Source: an uncultured Chitinophagales bacterium (lineage in GTDB: Bacteria > Bacteroidota > Ignavibacteria > UBA10030 > F1-140-MAGs086). From it: a stretch of DNA of 64,000 nt. The position numbers and the translations under genes were made by a program. The notes under the pieces are model-generated. The model was given only the letters and a program-made list of their open reading frames with translations, had not been told where the DNA came from and did no database searches. Positions 1-9,252 of the stretch are shown here, one piece after another. Location of the stretch: positions 62,750-126,749 of the forward strand of contig CAYHPL010000004.1 of NCBI GenBank assembly GCA_964358705.1, read 5' to 3'. Within the stretch, counting starts at the first letter, position 1; each line of letters begins with the position of its first letter.

Positions 1-1
1 A

Positions 2-2308
2 CAAAAGTTGGGAGTGTTTTGGCATACACAAGGAAGCGGAAAATCTTATTCAATGGTTTTTATGTGTCAGAAAATTCACCGCAAGTTTTTTGGTTCATAT
101 ACTTTCTTAATTCTTACCGACCGAAAAGAATTAGAAAAACAAATTTATGGAACCTTCAGTGGAGTAGGTGCGGTAAGGCAAGGAGCTATAAGAACAATCA
201 AAGCTGAAAGTGGAAAAGAGTTGAGACATCTTTTACAGCAAGACCACCGCTATTTATTTTCAATGATTTATAAATTCAATTTTGATGAAAAAATAACGGA
301 GAGTGAAGACATCATTGTAATTTCTGATGAAGCACACCGAACACAAGGCGGCAGTTTAGCATTGAACATGCGTAACGCTTTGCCGAATGCTTCTTTCATT
401 GGTTTTACAGGCACACCGCTTTTCAAAGACGATGAATTGACACGGAGAATTTTTGGCGAGTATGTTTCCAAATATAATTTCAAAAGAAGTGTTGATGATG
501 GTGCAACCGTTCCGCTTTACTATGAAAATCGTGGTGAGTATTTAGGGTTGAAAAATCCTGAACTCAACAAACAAATTCGTGAAGTGTTGGACACACACGA
601 AGATTTGGACAGCGACCAACTTTCAAGAGTAGAGCAATTGATTGGCAGAGATTATCACATTCTCACAGCAAAAAAAAGATTGGATGCAATTGCAAAAGAT
701 GTTGTTTGGCATTTCTGTAATCGTGGTTACAAAGGCAAAGCAATGTTTGTTGCGTTAGACAAACTCATCACCGTAAAAATGTATAACTACATCACACAGC
801 ATTGGAATGAATATGTAACGAAACTTGAAAAAGAAATTGAGAAAGGAAAATATGGCGACCAGGAAGTTTTAGAAAAAGCAAGAGAGTTGGAATGGATTAA
901 GGAAACTGAAATTGCCGTTGTAGTAAGCGGTGAGCAAAACGAAATTCAGAAATTCAGAAAGTGGGATTTGGATATTGAACCACATCGGGAAAAGATGAAT
1001 GACCCGACAAGAGATTTGGAAGTTGATTTTAAAGACGAAGAACATCCGTTCCGTTTCGTGATAGTGTGTGCCATGTGGATTACAGGATTTGATGTGCCTA
1101 CACTTTCAACCATGTATATTGACAAGCCCTTGCAGTCGCATACACTCATGCAAACAATCGCAAGAGCAAACCGCATAAGCGAAGGCAAGAACAACGGAAT
1201 GATTGTGGACTACATTGAAACTTACACAGCGTTACTTGATGCACTTGCAATTTACGGAGCAGGTGAAACTACAGGAGGCGGCAAAGGCGGAGAAGAACCA
1301 CCAGTGAAACCGAAAGCGGAATTGATAAAATTGTTGGAAGAAGCATTGGAGCAAACAGAAACTTTCTTGTTGGATGAAGTGAGTTTTAATTTGAATGATT
1401 TAATAAATGCTCCCGATAATATTCAAAAAATAAAAGTGTTTGAAGGCATCAATGCAGTTTACACCAATGATGAAACGAAACGGAAATTTCAATTGCTTGC
1501 AAGAGCAGTTTTCAAAAAATATAAAGCCATAATGCCAGACACAATTTTGAATTTGTTTGCACCGAGAAAAAATGCGATTGATGTAATCTACACAGCCATT
1601 GAAGATAATATTGAGAGTGCAGATGTTTCAGAAATCATGAGAGTAATTCAAGGTGTAGTTGATGAAAGCATTGAAAACATGGTTGCAGAGCCAAGCCACG
1701 ACACAGGAAAAATTATTGACCTGAGCGGATTGAACTTTGAATTGCTGGAGCAGCATTTTCTGAAATCAAAAAATAAAAATGCAGTTCTGCAATCTCTCAA
1801 AGACAAAATAGAAAAGCAGTTGAAGCAAATGGTAGAAAGAAATCCATTGCGAGTTGATTACTACAAGCGATATCAGGAAATAATTGCAGAATATAATTTG
1901 GGAAAAGAAGCAGTTACGATTGAAGAAACTTTCAAGAAACTGATTGATTACATGAATTCACTTTCAGCAGAAGAAGCAGAAACCAAACGGGAAGAACTAA
2001 CGGAAGAACAAAAAGCAGTGTTTGATATTTTACGTAAACCGGCATTGACAGAAGCGGACAAGAAACGAGTGAAAGAAATTGCAATTGAATTGTTGGAAGA
2101 ACTCAAAAAAGAAAAACTGAAAGTTGACCAAGTGTGGGAGAAAACGGAAACATCGGCAGCAGTTTTCAATGCTGTAAACAAAATTCTCTTTGACCAGTTG
2201 CCCTACCCCACCTATCAAACAGACGATATTGATTTGAGAACAAATTTAGTTTATAACCACTTGCGAAATCAGTATTATGGAGGGGGAAACAGTATTTACG
2301 GAAGCTAA
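2..2308 (+). CDS. hsdR: Type I restriction enzyme R subunit (HsdR), 5' end cut by window edge
   Basis: The frame is open from the first bases. SF2 helicase motifs are visible: HTQGSGKS (motif I), ISDEAHRTQ (DEAH, motif II), GFTGTP (motif III), QTIARANR (motif VI). A long helical C-terminal tail is typical of HsdR. No hsdM or hsdS lies in the window. Confidence 0.9.
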   Translation, partial: QKLGVFWHTQGSGKSYSMVFMCQKIHRKFFGSYTFLILTDRKELEKQIYGTFSGVGAVRQGAIRTIKAESGKELRHLLQQDHRYLFSMIYKFNFDEKITESEDIIVISDEAHRTQGGSLALNMRNALPNASFIGFTGTPLFKDDELTRRIFGEYVSKYNFKRSVDDGATVPLYYENRGEYLGLKNPELNKQIREVLDTHEDLDSDQLSRVEQLIGRDYHILTAKKRLDAIAKDVVWHFCNRGYKGKAMFVALDKLITVKMYNYITQHWNEYVTKLEKEIEKGKYGDQEVLEKARELEWIKETEIAVVVSGEQNEIQKFRKWDLDIEPHREKMNDPTRDLEVDFKDEEHPFRFVIVCAMWITGFDVPTLSTMYIDKPLQSHTLMQTIARANRISEGKNNGMIVDYIETYTALLDALAIYGAGETTGGGKGGEEPPVKPKAELIKLLEEALEQTETFLLDEVSFNLNDLINAPDNIQKIKVFEGINAVYTNDETKRKFQLLARAVFKKYKAIMPDTILNLFAPRKNAIDVIYTAIEDNIESADVSEIMRVIQGVVDESIENMVAEPSHDTGKIIDLSGLNFELLEQHFLKSKNKNAVLQSLKDKIEKQLKQMVERNPLRVDYYKRYQEIIAEYNLGKEAVTIEETFKKLIDYMNSLSAEEAETKREELTEEQKAVFDILRKPALTEADKKRVKEIAIELLEELKKEKLKVDQVWEKTETSAAVFNAVNKILFDQLPYPTYQTDDIDLRTNLVYNHLRNQYYGGGNSIYGS

Positions 2309-2383
2309 TAGTGATAATTATTTTATTAAAGAATTATATTCGTATCGTTTACTTCAATTACTCAAACCAATAATATTACATTT

Positions 2384-3844
2384 ATGAAACACACTCTATT
2401 TCTCATGTTTATCTTCTCCATCCTCTCCGCACATTCCCAAACGCTGAACTTTCCCATTGATACGATTGCGCGGGATGATTTTTATAATTACCGCAGTATG
2501 ATTAAACACGATGTGAACGGCAATCTCCATATCGTCAACTCGCGGCAACTCGGTACGAACAGCAGCACACGCGAAGTATTTTACCGCACGAATATCAGCG
2601 GACACTTTGATACGACGCAACTGAGCAACAACACGATTGATGATAATTATGCTACATTTGATTTCGACAAGAACAACAACGTGCATATTGGCTGGGAACG
2701 GCGCGATGCAAGCAATAATTTTCAGGTGGTGTATGCAAATAATATCGCAGATACTTTTTCTGCGCCGGTCTGGATTACTTCCGGCGGACTGAATAAAGCA
2801 ACGCCATCCATCGCAGTCGGAAAAGACAGTCTTGCGCATTTTGTGTATCTCACGTTTGTTACAGGACAGGATTTTGCTTTTTACCGCACGTACAATTTTA
2901 TTTCGCATACACTGAACGCGGAAATAAATCTCGGCGCAATGGAAGCAAGCAGTGAAAATGATATTGAAGTTGCAGTGGATTCAAATAATCGCGTGCATAT
3001 TGTCTTTGCAGCAAACGGCGCACTGAGCACCAGCGCGCTGAAATATTTCAACAACGAAAGCGGCACACTGACGGAATATTCCACGCCGCAAACTGCATAC
3101 ACGGAGTACCCCGACATTCTGATTGATAAAAATAATACGCTGCACATTATCTATCGCGTTTCAACGGATAAAAGAATTTACACAATAGAGCGACCCGCCG
3201 GCGGAAATTTTACTGCGCCCAAACCGGTTACGCCTGCAAGCGTCGGCAATCCATCGTATTGGCGCGCGTTTGATACAGATGATGAAGGACGCTTGTACGT
3301 TACGTATCAGAACAGCGTGAGCAGCGGTGCAAAAGGAATTTTTCTCGTGCATAGGAAAAACGGAAGTTTCAGTGCGCCGATTCTTGTGTTTGAAGACAGC
3401 AGCGGTCAATATGTAACACGCGGCTCATCCTCTGTTGCAGCGCAGGGCAACGGAGAAATTGCCGTGCTGTTTGATGTTGCAGGCGCGCGGAACGGACAAG
3501 TATTTTCCGATATGTTTTTGAAAAAAGGAACATTGATTTTTACTGATGTTGTAGAAAACGAAATACAGCGCGAACTGGCATTTGTATTATTTGAAAATTA
3601 TCCAAATCCGTTTAATCCGAAAACTGCTATTGGCTTTTCGCTGTTGGCAGTTGGAAATGTTTCATTGAAAGTATTTGATGTCCTTGGAAGTGAAGTAGCA
3701 ACGTTACTGAATAATGAGACATTAGAAGCAGGCGAACACAACATTCAATTTGATGCAAGTTTATTTTCGAGCGGAATATATTTTTATCGTTTGAATGTAG
3801 ATGGAAAGTTTTCGGAAACAAAAAAAATGATGTTGTTAAAATAG
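2384..3844 (+). CDS. Secreted beta-propeller-like repeat protein with T9SS C-terminal sorting domain
   Basis: Signal peptide MKHTLFLMFIFSILSAHSQ. A blade-like signature recurs about 7 times (DVNGNLHIV, DKNNNVHIGW, DSNNRVHIVF, DKNNTLHIIY, DDEGRLYVTY). The C-terminus ENYPNPFNPKTAIGF...GIYFYRLNV...KKMMLLK fits the Por/T9SS CTD pattern. Confidence 0.8.
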   Translation: MKHTLFLMFIFSILSAHSQTLNFPIDTIARDDFYNYRSMIKHDVNGNLHIVNSRQLGTNSSTREVFYRTNISGHFDTTQLSNNTIDDNYATFDFDKNNNVHIGWERRDASNNFQVVYANNIADTFSAPVWITSGGLNKATPSIAVGKDSLAHFVYLTFVTGQDFAFYRTYNFISHTLNAEINLGAMEASSENDIEVAVDSNNRVHIVFAANGALSTSALKYFNNESGTLTEYSTPQTAYTEYPDILIDKNNTLHIIYRVSTDKRIYTIERPAGGNFTAPKPVTPASVGNPSYWRAFDTDDEGRLYVTYQNSVSSGAKGIFLVHRKNGSFSAPILVFEDSSGQYVTRGSSSVAAQGNGEIAVLFDVAGARNGQVFSDMFLKKGTLIFTDVVENEIQRELAFVLFENYPNPFNPKTAIGFSLLAVGNVSLKVFDVLGSEVATLLNNETLEAGEHNIQFDASLFSSGIYFYRLNVDGKFSETKKMMLLK

Positions 3845-3845
3845 C

Positions 3846-4580
3846 GTGAAGGATAATTTTTCAGCGCAGGCAAAACTCTACGTGCAATTTCGTCCAGCGT
3901 ATCCTGCTGAACTTATTGCATTTATTCTCTCCGTTGTTGAACAAAAAAATATTGCGTGGGACTGCGGAACAGGGAACGGACAAATTGCAGCCGCGCTTGC
4001 AGAATATTTTCGCACCGTGTACGCAACCGATATCAGTGAACGGCAAATCGAAAACGCACTACAGAAAAAAAATATTATGTATCGCGTTGAAGCCGCAGAG
4101 AGCACTTCTTTTCCGGATGAATTTTTTGATGTCATCACCGTTGCGCAGGCAATTCATTGGTTTGATATTGAGAAATTTTACTGCAACGCGCAACGGACAT
4201 TGAAAACCAATGGAATACTTGCAGTCATCGGTTATTCTCTTCCTCGCGCGGATGAAAAAATAAATGCAATCATTGATGATTTCTATTCCCGCACACTCAA
4301 CTCATACTGGGATGCAGAGCGAAAATATATTGATGAATTGTATCAGACAATTCCATTTCCGTTCAGAGAAATTTCGTCCCCGCAATTTTCCATCACGTAT
4401 GAATGGCGTTTGGAAAATATGCTTGGCTATTTGCAAACGTGGAGCGCTGTGCAAAATTATGCAAAGCGGAATAATGTAAATCCTGTACATGCAATTGTAA
4501 ATGATGTGCAGCAATGCTGGAAAGAAAATGAACTGAAGCGCATCACTTTTCCCACGCTGCTGCGCATCGGAAGGAAATAA
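3846..4580 (+). CDS. Class I SAM-dependent methyltransferase (small-molecule type)
   Basis: Motif I WDCGTGNGQ, followed by an acidic post-I residue (YATDIS) and AQAIHWF. The GTG start lies 1 nt after the preceding stop. There is no NPPY/DPPY motif, so it is not a DNA N6-methyltransferase. Confidence 0.75.
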   Translation: MKDNFSAQAKLYVQFRPAYPAELIAFILSVVEQKNIAWDCGTGNGQIAAALAEYFRTVYATDISERQIENALQKKNIMYRVEAAESTSFPDEFFDVITVAQAIHWFDIEKFYCNAQRTLKTNGILAVIGYSLPRADEKINAIIDDFYSRTLNSYWDAERKYIDELYQTIPFPFREISSPQFSITYEWRLENMLGYLQTWSAVQNYAKRNNVNPVHAIVNDVQQCWKENELKRITFPTLLRIGRK

Positions 4581-4620
4581 AAAAAGGCGATGCAGAATTT
4601 CTTCCGTATCGCCTTTCGTG
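4578..4620. terminator. Hairpin terminator between convergent genes (member of a repeated terminator element)
   Basis: aaaaaaa-GGCGATGC-agaatttcttcc-GTATCGCC-tttcgtg. The A-run on one side and T-rich run on the other allow termination in both directions. Confidence 0.65.
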
Positions 4621-4672
4621 CGTTCTTCCAATGGAAATTAAGTGCTACGTATTTCAAGAATGCGTAGCACTT

Positions 4673-4710
4673 AAAAACTAATCCCCCTTGTAAAGGGGGT
4701 TAGGGGGATT
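4673..4710 (-). terminator. Rho-independent terminator immediately after the 903-aa gene
   Basis: Minus strand: AATCCCCC-(15 nt)-GGGGGATT-ag-TTTTT. An alternative CCCCCTT/AAGGGGG pairing is possible. A further 10-bp perfect hairpin lies at 4640..4672. Confidence 0.6.
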
Positions 4711-4711
4711 T

Positions 4712-7423
4712 CTATTTCATCAGCATCATTTTCTTTGTTGCAGAAAAATTTCCTGCGGTGAGTTTGTAGATGTACACACCGCTCGAAAGTTTCTTTGCAT
4801 CGAATACTATTTCGTGATACCCTGCTGCTTTGAATTCATTTGAAATGAGATTTATTTCTTTTCCTAAAATACTAACAATTTTCAATGTTACATTTGCATC
4901 CACCGGCAACGCAAATTTAATTGTCGTTGTCGGATTGAATGGATTTGGATAGTTTTGCTCAAGGGCAAACTCTTTGGGGAGTTCGCGCAGATTTCCTGTG
5001 TGGATTTTCTGCTCATTATTTTCATACACTGTAAATGAAACAGAATTTGATGGTTGCGATAAGTTTCCTGCAACATCAATCGTTTTTACGTGGTAGTACA
5101 CCGTTGTTGGCTCCCCGGGTGCATCGAGATACTCATTATCATCTATGAAATCATTGGTTGATGTGATGCCAATGTATGTCCAGGGACCAGTATCTCGCTT
5201 CTTATATATTTTATATTTCTGCGTTGGCAGATCTGATTCAAGTGAAACATCCCACGTAATGCGCGGATGATTGATGAGTTCAGGATCTTCAACATTGCTT
5301 CGAGCATTTTTCGGCGCTTCCGGCGGAGGATTAATACGATACAGACCTTTCGCTGTCGCGGCATAAATAATTGAGTCATTGCTGTTATTTCTTCGCAAAT
5401 CATAAATCGGCGTTGGAAGATTTCCCGTTACATCTGTCCAGGTTGTACACGCATCTGCAGTTTTAAATATTTTTCTCCCATTGGAAGATATTACCCACAA
5501 ATAATCTCCTGATGTCGGATAACTCGGATGCATAAGAATTTTTGTTACTGTATCACTACGTGTGAAAACGGGATTCCAATTACTGCCGGAATTTTCGGAT
5601 TTCCATAAACAAATAGAATCTGATACCAATGAAATATCCGAACTTGCATATACTATAGATGGAACTCTGATATTTAAAGCCACATCATAGACGGTGCGGT
5701 TTTCATCATAGTTCATCGGTGAATTTGGTAATGTCCATTGCGCCCAATAATTTCCTGAATTTGTCGTTTTATACAGACCAAATCCATACGAGCCGACATA
5801 ATATTTCTCTGTTTGTTGTGTTGCTCCCGATGTATCAAGCGCTATGGCTAAGAGTGTTGGTCTATACGTCGAATTAACTATTACTTCTTCCCAACTATTT
5901 GTTGCTCCATAATTTCCATTCGCAAAAAAATTGCTAGTACTACCAGCATTTCCGTTATTACCAACCATATACAACTTATTCGTAGCAACAGGGTCAACTA
6001 CTGCATCAAAAAAGCAAACATTCCACGCAGAAGAAGCAGCACCTGTATAAGAACTTTGCCACGTTTTTCCCGAGTCAGTGGAACGGATAAATTTCGCTGT
6101 GTCCCCCATTTTTCCCGCCGCAAATGCATACTGCGAGTTCGATGAATGCAGCAACATAAATTCTCCGTCAAAATTTTTATCATTCGTGCCACTTGCATCT
6201 ACACTCTGCCATACTGTATTCGGATTGCGCCAGACTGCCGGATAGTTTTCAGTCGTTGCCATTTGTAAATTTCCTCTGACACTTGCAGATGAAATTCCTA
6301 ATTTTTTAATATTGATATTGATGTCTGCCCAATCTGTTCCGGTGTTCGTGGTTTTGTACAGACTTCTGTACGACCCTGCATATACACGCGCTGAACTTTG
6401 CGGACTGACTGCGACAACATTGATGGAATCATCATACATTCCGCTGTCATACTTTGTAAAATTACTGCTACCCGATGGTTTGATGCAGAGTCCTTTATTG
6501 GTCGCAACATACACATTACTCCCGCTTGTTTTGATGTCGTAAATATGCACATTGGAAACAGGGAGTGAAACGATTGTCCACGAACTGCCATCCGTTGAGT
6601 GCAGTAATTTACTGTACACTGATTCTTTTGCCGCATACAAATGAATGTCTTCCTCAAACTGATACACACCGATTGCCGTTATTGTATCATTTTTCAATCC
6701 GAGCAAACACCAATGCGAACCCGCATCGGGAGAGTAAAATACACCGCCAGTGGTATCACTGGGTCCAAATACATTCATTGTTTTATTATGTCCCTCGATG
6801 GGATGAGAGCCCGCCGCCCACACTTTCTGATTATTACCAGAAAGTGTTGTGATTGCATTTACATCTGTTTTTACATCGCCAAAAAAGTAAGTAACGTGAC
6901 TCCAAGAATAACCAATGTCGTAACTTCTGTACATTGAGTAGTATAAAGAATCTTTTTCGTACCCTGCAAACATCAGTGCAGAATTCGCTTTCGCGATTTC
7001 GATGGATGTATGGTAAAGCGCGGAATTACTGTTTTTATCCGTCCAGGCACTTCCGCCGTCCGTGCTGAGCTTCAATTTTCCGCTCACTGATGCTAAAACT
7101 ATATTTGTATTCGTAAAAGCGCATACGACATTTACCGGCGAGGTAATCGTAGAACTACCTATTTGCGTCCACGATGCGCCGCTGTTCACCGATTTCAGCA
7201 AGCGCGTAGATTCAATTGCGTATAATGTATCCGCAGAACTTCCCGACGTTCTGTTCCCGACCGAAATATCTGTAACGGAATCTGCTCGCCACGGACCGTT
7301 CATATCTGTCCAGTTCCATGTTTGCGCAGAGACCTGCGAAGTAAATTGCGCCATTACGGCACAACAAAGTAATAATATTACCAATGCATGCGATGCATTG
7401 ATTTTTACTGTTATAGAATGCAT
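4712..7423 (-). CDS. Secreted BNR/Asp-box tandem beta-propeller protein (sortilin/VPS10- or GH74/Ycf48-like) + Fn3-like domain + T9SS CTD (903 aa)
   Basis: Signal peptide present. At least 9 Asp-boxes (SVNSGASWT, STDGGSAWT, SPDAGSHWC, STDGSSWT, TTNTGTDWA, STDSGKTWQ, TTNSGNYWA, SENSGSNWN, TADACTTWT). The CTD reads LEQNYPNPFNPTTTIKF...GVYIYKL...KKMMLMK. It is a paralogue of 15173..17878. Confidence 0.8.
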   Translation of the reverse strand: MHSITVKINASHALVILLLCCAVMAQFTSQVSAQTWNWTDMNGPWRADSVTDISVGNRTSGSSADTLYAIESTRLLKSVNSGASWTQIGSSTITSPVNVVCAFTNTNIVLASVSGKLKLSTDGGSAWTDKNSNSALYHTSIEIAKANSALMFAGYEKDSLYYSMYRSYDIGYSWSHVTYFFGDVKTDVNAITTLSGNNQKVWAAGSHPIEGHNKTMNVFGPSDTTGGVFYSPDAGSHWCLLGLKNDTITAIGVYQFEEDIHLYAAKESVYSKLLHSTDGSSWTIVSLPVSNVHIYDIKTSGSNVYVATNKGLCIKPSGSSNFTKYDSGMYDDSINVVAVSPQSSARVYAGSYRSLYKTTNTGTDWADININIKKLGISSASVRGNLQMATTENYPAVWRNPNTVWQSVDASGTNDKNFDGEFMLLHSSNSQYAFAAGKMGDTAKFIRSTDSGKTWQSSYTGAASSAWNVCFFDAVVDPVATNKLYMVGNNGNAGSTSNFFANGNYGATNSWEEVIVNSTYRPTLLAIALDTSGATQQTEKYYVGSYGFGLYKTTNSGNYWAQWTLPNSPMNYDENRTVYDVALNIRVPSIVYASSDISLVSDSICLWKSENSGSNWNPVFTRSDTVTKILMHPSYPTSGDYLWVISSNGRKIFKTADACTTWTDVTGNLPTPIYDLRRNNSNDSIIYAATAKGLYRINPPPEAPKNARSNVEDPELINHPRITWDVSLESDLPTQKYKIYKKRDTGPWTYIGITSTNDFIDDNEYLDAPGEPTTVYYHVKTIDVAGNLSQPSNSVSFTVYENNEQKIHTGNLRELPKEFALEQNYPNPFNPTTTIKFALPVDANVTLKIVSILGKEINLISNEFKAAGYHEIVFDAKKLSSGVYIYKLTAGNFSATKKMMLMK

Positions 7424-7500
7424 AAAGTTTATTCCTTTATATAAGGGTTATAGAAATTAGTGTTAATTAACTGTTTCCTTATATTTGAAGTAGTTTTTTC

Positions 7501-7599
7501 TGCGGCGGAAATAAAACACCCGTTGCAGAGCGGACGGTGAGCGGGAGAGTCTTCTTCGGAATCGCTCAATTCAGTGAATCGGACACTCCCCTCGCCGCA
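7501..7599 (-). other. GC-rich, self-complementary ~100-nt core inside the 514-aa/903-aa intergenic region
   Basis: TGCGGCG (7501..7507) can pair with CGCCGCA (7593..7599), and inner segments GGGAGAGTC/GACACTCCC are also complementary. The flanks are conserved with copy 2, whose core 17970..18066 differs in sequence but is also GC-rich (two GGCGCC hexamers). Confidence 0.35.
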
Positions 7600-7687
7600 T
7601 TATTTCCTTTGCATTGAAAACATTGCGAAAACGCGGAAACAAAAAATACCTTTTCGCACGTTCCTTCAAAACTTGTTTCGATAGACT

Positions 7688-7707
7688 GACAGACAAGAAT
7701 GTCTGTC
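7688..7707 (-). promoter_or_regulatory. Conserved 3' hairpin motif, copy 1 (after 514-aa gene)
   Basis: GACAGAC-aagaat-GTCTGTC followed by CTACC, about 15 nt from the stop. No adjacent U-tract. Confidence 0.5.
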
Positions 7708-7722
7708 CTACCTGTAAAATTT

Positions 7723-9252
7723 TTATTTCATCAAAATCATTTTCCTCGTCAATATGCTTGTTTTGTTTTTATCATTTGTTACGGAAAGTCGGTAAAAATA
7801 TATTCCGCTTGCCAGTCCTTCCGCATTCCATTCCGCAGTATATTTTCCTGCTTCCTTTTTTTCACTGACTAATGTTGCGACTTCTTTCCCGAAAATATCA
7901 TACACTTTTAATGAAACATTCCCAAGAGCCAACAGCGAAAAGCCAACAGCCGTGTGCGGATTAAACGGATTGGGATAATTTTGTTCAAGCGTAATACTTT
8001 GCGGGCTGTGTTCATCCTCTGTAACCGGAGTCGTTATAAATGTTCCCCGTCTCCCATAGAGTTGCCACGTCTGTAATGTGGAGTCAAATTCTGACCATGT
8101 AATAAACGCATAAGAGGATGTTATAATAGCTTTTGCCAGCACTCCTTCTTCACTAATGTACATCGGCGTACACCAGTCCCCTCCCGCATTGTAACTGATA
8201 CCTGCCTGTACACCATTGAAAAACATACTATCTACTGTCCAGGCACATATTATTTTTTCTCCATAATAAAATGAATTTGCAGCAAAACCAACCGGATGTT
8301 CTGTCAGCAGGTATTCTTCCTCCCATGATTCTCCGCCTGTCGTGCTGTACCGTCCGAGTATGCTGCATCCTGCTAATCCCATACATCCGTATTTGGTATC
8401 CTGCCATGTAATATTTAAATTTGTATTCCCATCTGATGATATAGATTGATCGGCAGTATTGTGATCGGAGTCTATTGTAGAAATGATGATGGAATCGTGC
8501 CACGTGTCCCCAAGGTCGGTACTTTTCTGATAGAACATCATAAACTCCAATACTCCTGAAATACCCCATCGCTTGCTCAGGTGCAGTGCGTTTTGCGTCA
8601 GCGTATGGGTAGGAAATTCTGCTGTTGTTAGTTCAGAAGAAAAACTCCACGACACCCCTGCATTTGTAGTTCGCAAGAGTTGCATTCTGTTGCAATGCAA
8701 AGCATAAACGGAAAATATAATTGTATCTCCCTTAATAATCGGATACTCTCTCGCACTGATTGTGTCTGTTGTAACAGAAGGCAAGGTAAAAGTTTCTCCC
8801 TTATCAGAACTTTTTTGCATCCAGAGCGCGTTTCCATGTACAACGCTGTCATCCATCTCTCTGAAAAAAACAAAGAGCATTTCTTTGTTTGCTAAAATAA
8901 ATTCATCATACGGCAAACGGTTATTTGAACCAAGCAGTAAATTTTTAGTATGAGAAAACGTTCTTCCTGTATTTGTGCTTTTTATGTAGGGAATCGTTGG
9001 TGTATCACGCCAGACATGCCAGATACAATAAATGATATTTTCATCACTGCTATCCAATGCAAGCCGCGCAGAAAAGTTATTGTAATGCGGATAATCGGCG
9101 GAGAGATGTATTTTAGGTTCCCATGCAATGCCGCACATCGTATCAATTTGTGCGTATGTCGTAAAATTCAGGAGGAGACAGAGAGAGGCAAGCAGAGCCA
9201 GTGTAGCCGTGCTGCAAGTGAACAACGAAGAAATGTAACGAGTACTGAGCAT
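7723..9252 (-). CDS. Secreted BNR/Asp-box (sialidase-fold-like) protein with T9SS CTD (~509 aa)
   Basis: Asp-boxes STNTGRTFS, SSDKGETFT, TTNAGVSWS, STDLGDTWH, STTGGESWE. CTD reads LEQNYPNPFNPHTAVGF...GIYFYRL...RKMILMK. I placed the start at ATG 9252 (MLSTRYISSLFTC), matching the paralogue 18155..19666. The ORF track extends to a TTG at 9267. Confidence 0.8.
   Translation of the reverse strand: MLSTRYISSLFTCSTATLALLASLCLLLNFTTYAQIDTMCGIAWEPKIHLSADYPHYNNFSARLALDSSDENIIYCIWHVWRDTPTIPYIKSTNTGRTFSHTKNLLLGSNNRLPYDEFILANKEMLFVFFREMDDSVVHGNALWMQKSSDKGETFTLPSVTTDTISAREYPIIKGDTIIFSVYALHCNRMQLLRTTNAGVSWSFSSELTTAEFPTHTLTQNALHLSKRWGISGVLEFMMFYQKSTDLGDTWHDSIIISTIDSDHNTADQSISSDGNTNLNITWQDTKYGCMGLAGCSILGRYSTTGGESWEEEYLLTEHPVGFAANSFYYGEKIICAWTVDSMFFNGVQAGISYNAGGDWCTPMYISEEGVLAKAIITSSYAFITWSEFDSTLQTWQLYGRRGTFITTPVTEDEHSPQSITLEQNYPNPFNPHTAVGFSLLALGNVSLKVYDIFGKEVATLVSEKKEAGKYTAEWNAEGLASGIYFYRLSVTNDKNKTSILTRKMILMK

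Noticed and set aside
3846-4580. Methyltransferase as the HsdM partner of the upstream hsdR
   Set aside because: It is too small (244 aa) and lacks the N6-adenine DNA-MTase (N/D)PP(Y/F) motif and the HsdM N-terminal domain. It is also separated from hsdR by an unrelated secreted-protein gene.
7479-7722. Plus-strand small RNA driven by the conserved TAtaTTTG motif (7479..7486 region, also ~17951) and ending at the GACAGAC hairpin
   Set aside because: There is no convincing -33 element. The hairpin is not followed directly by a T-tract on the plus strand, and conservation is equally explained by the cassette duplication. I kept it only as a possibility within the spacer finding.
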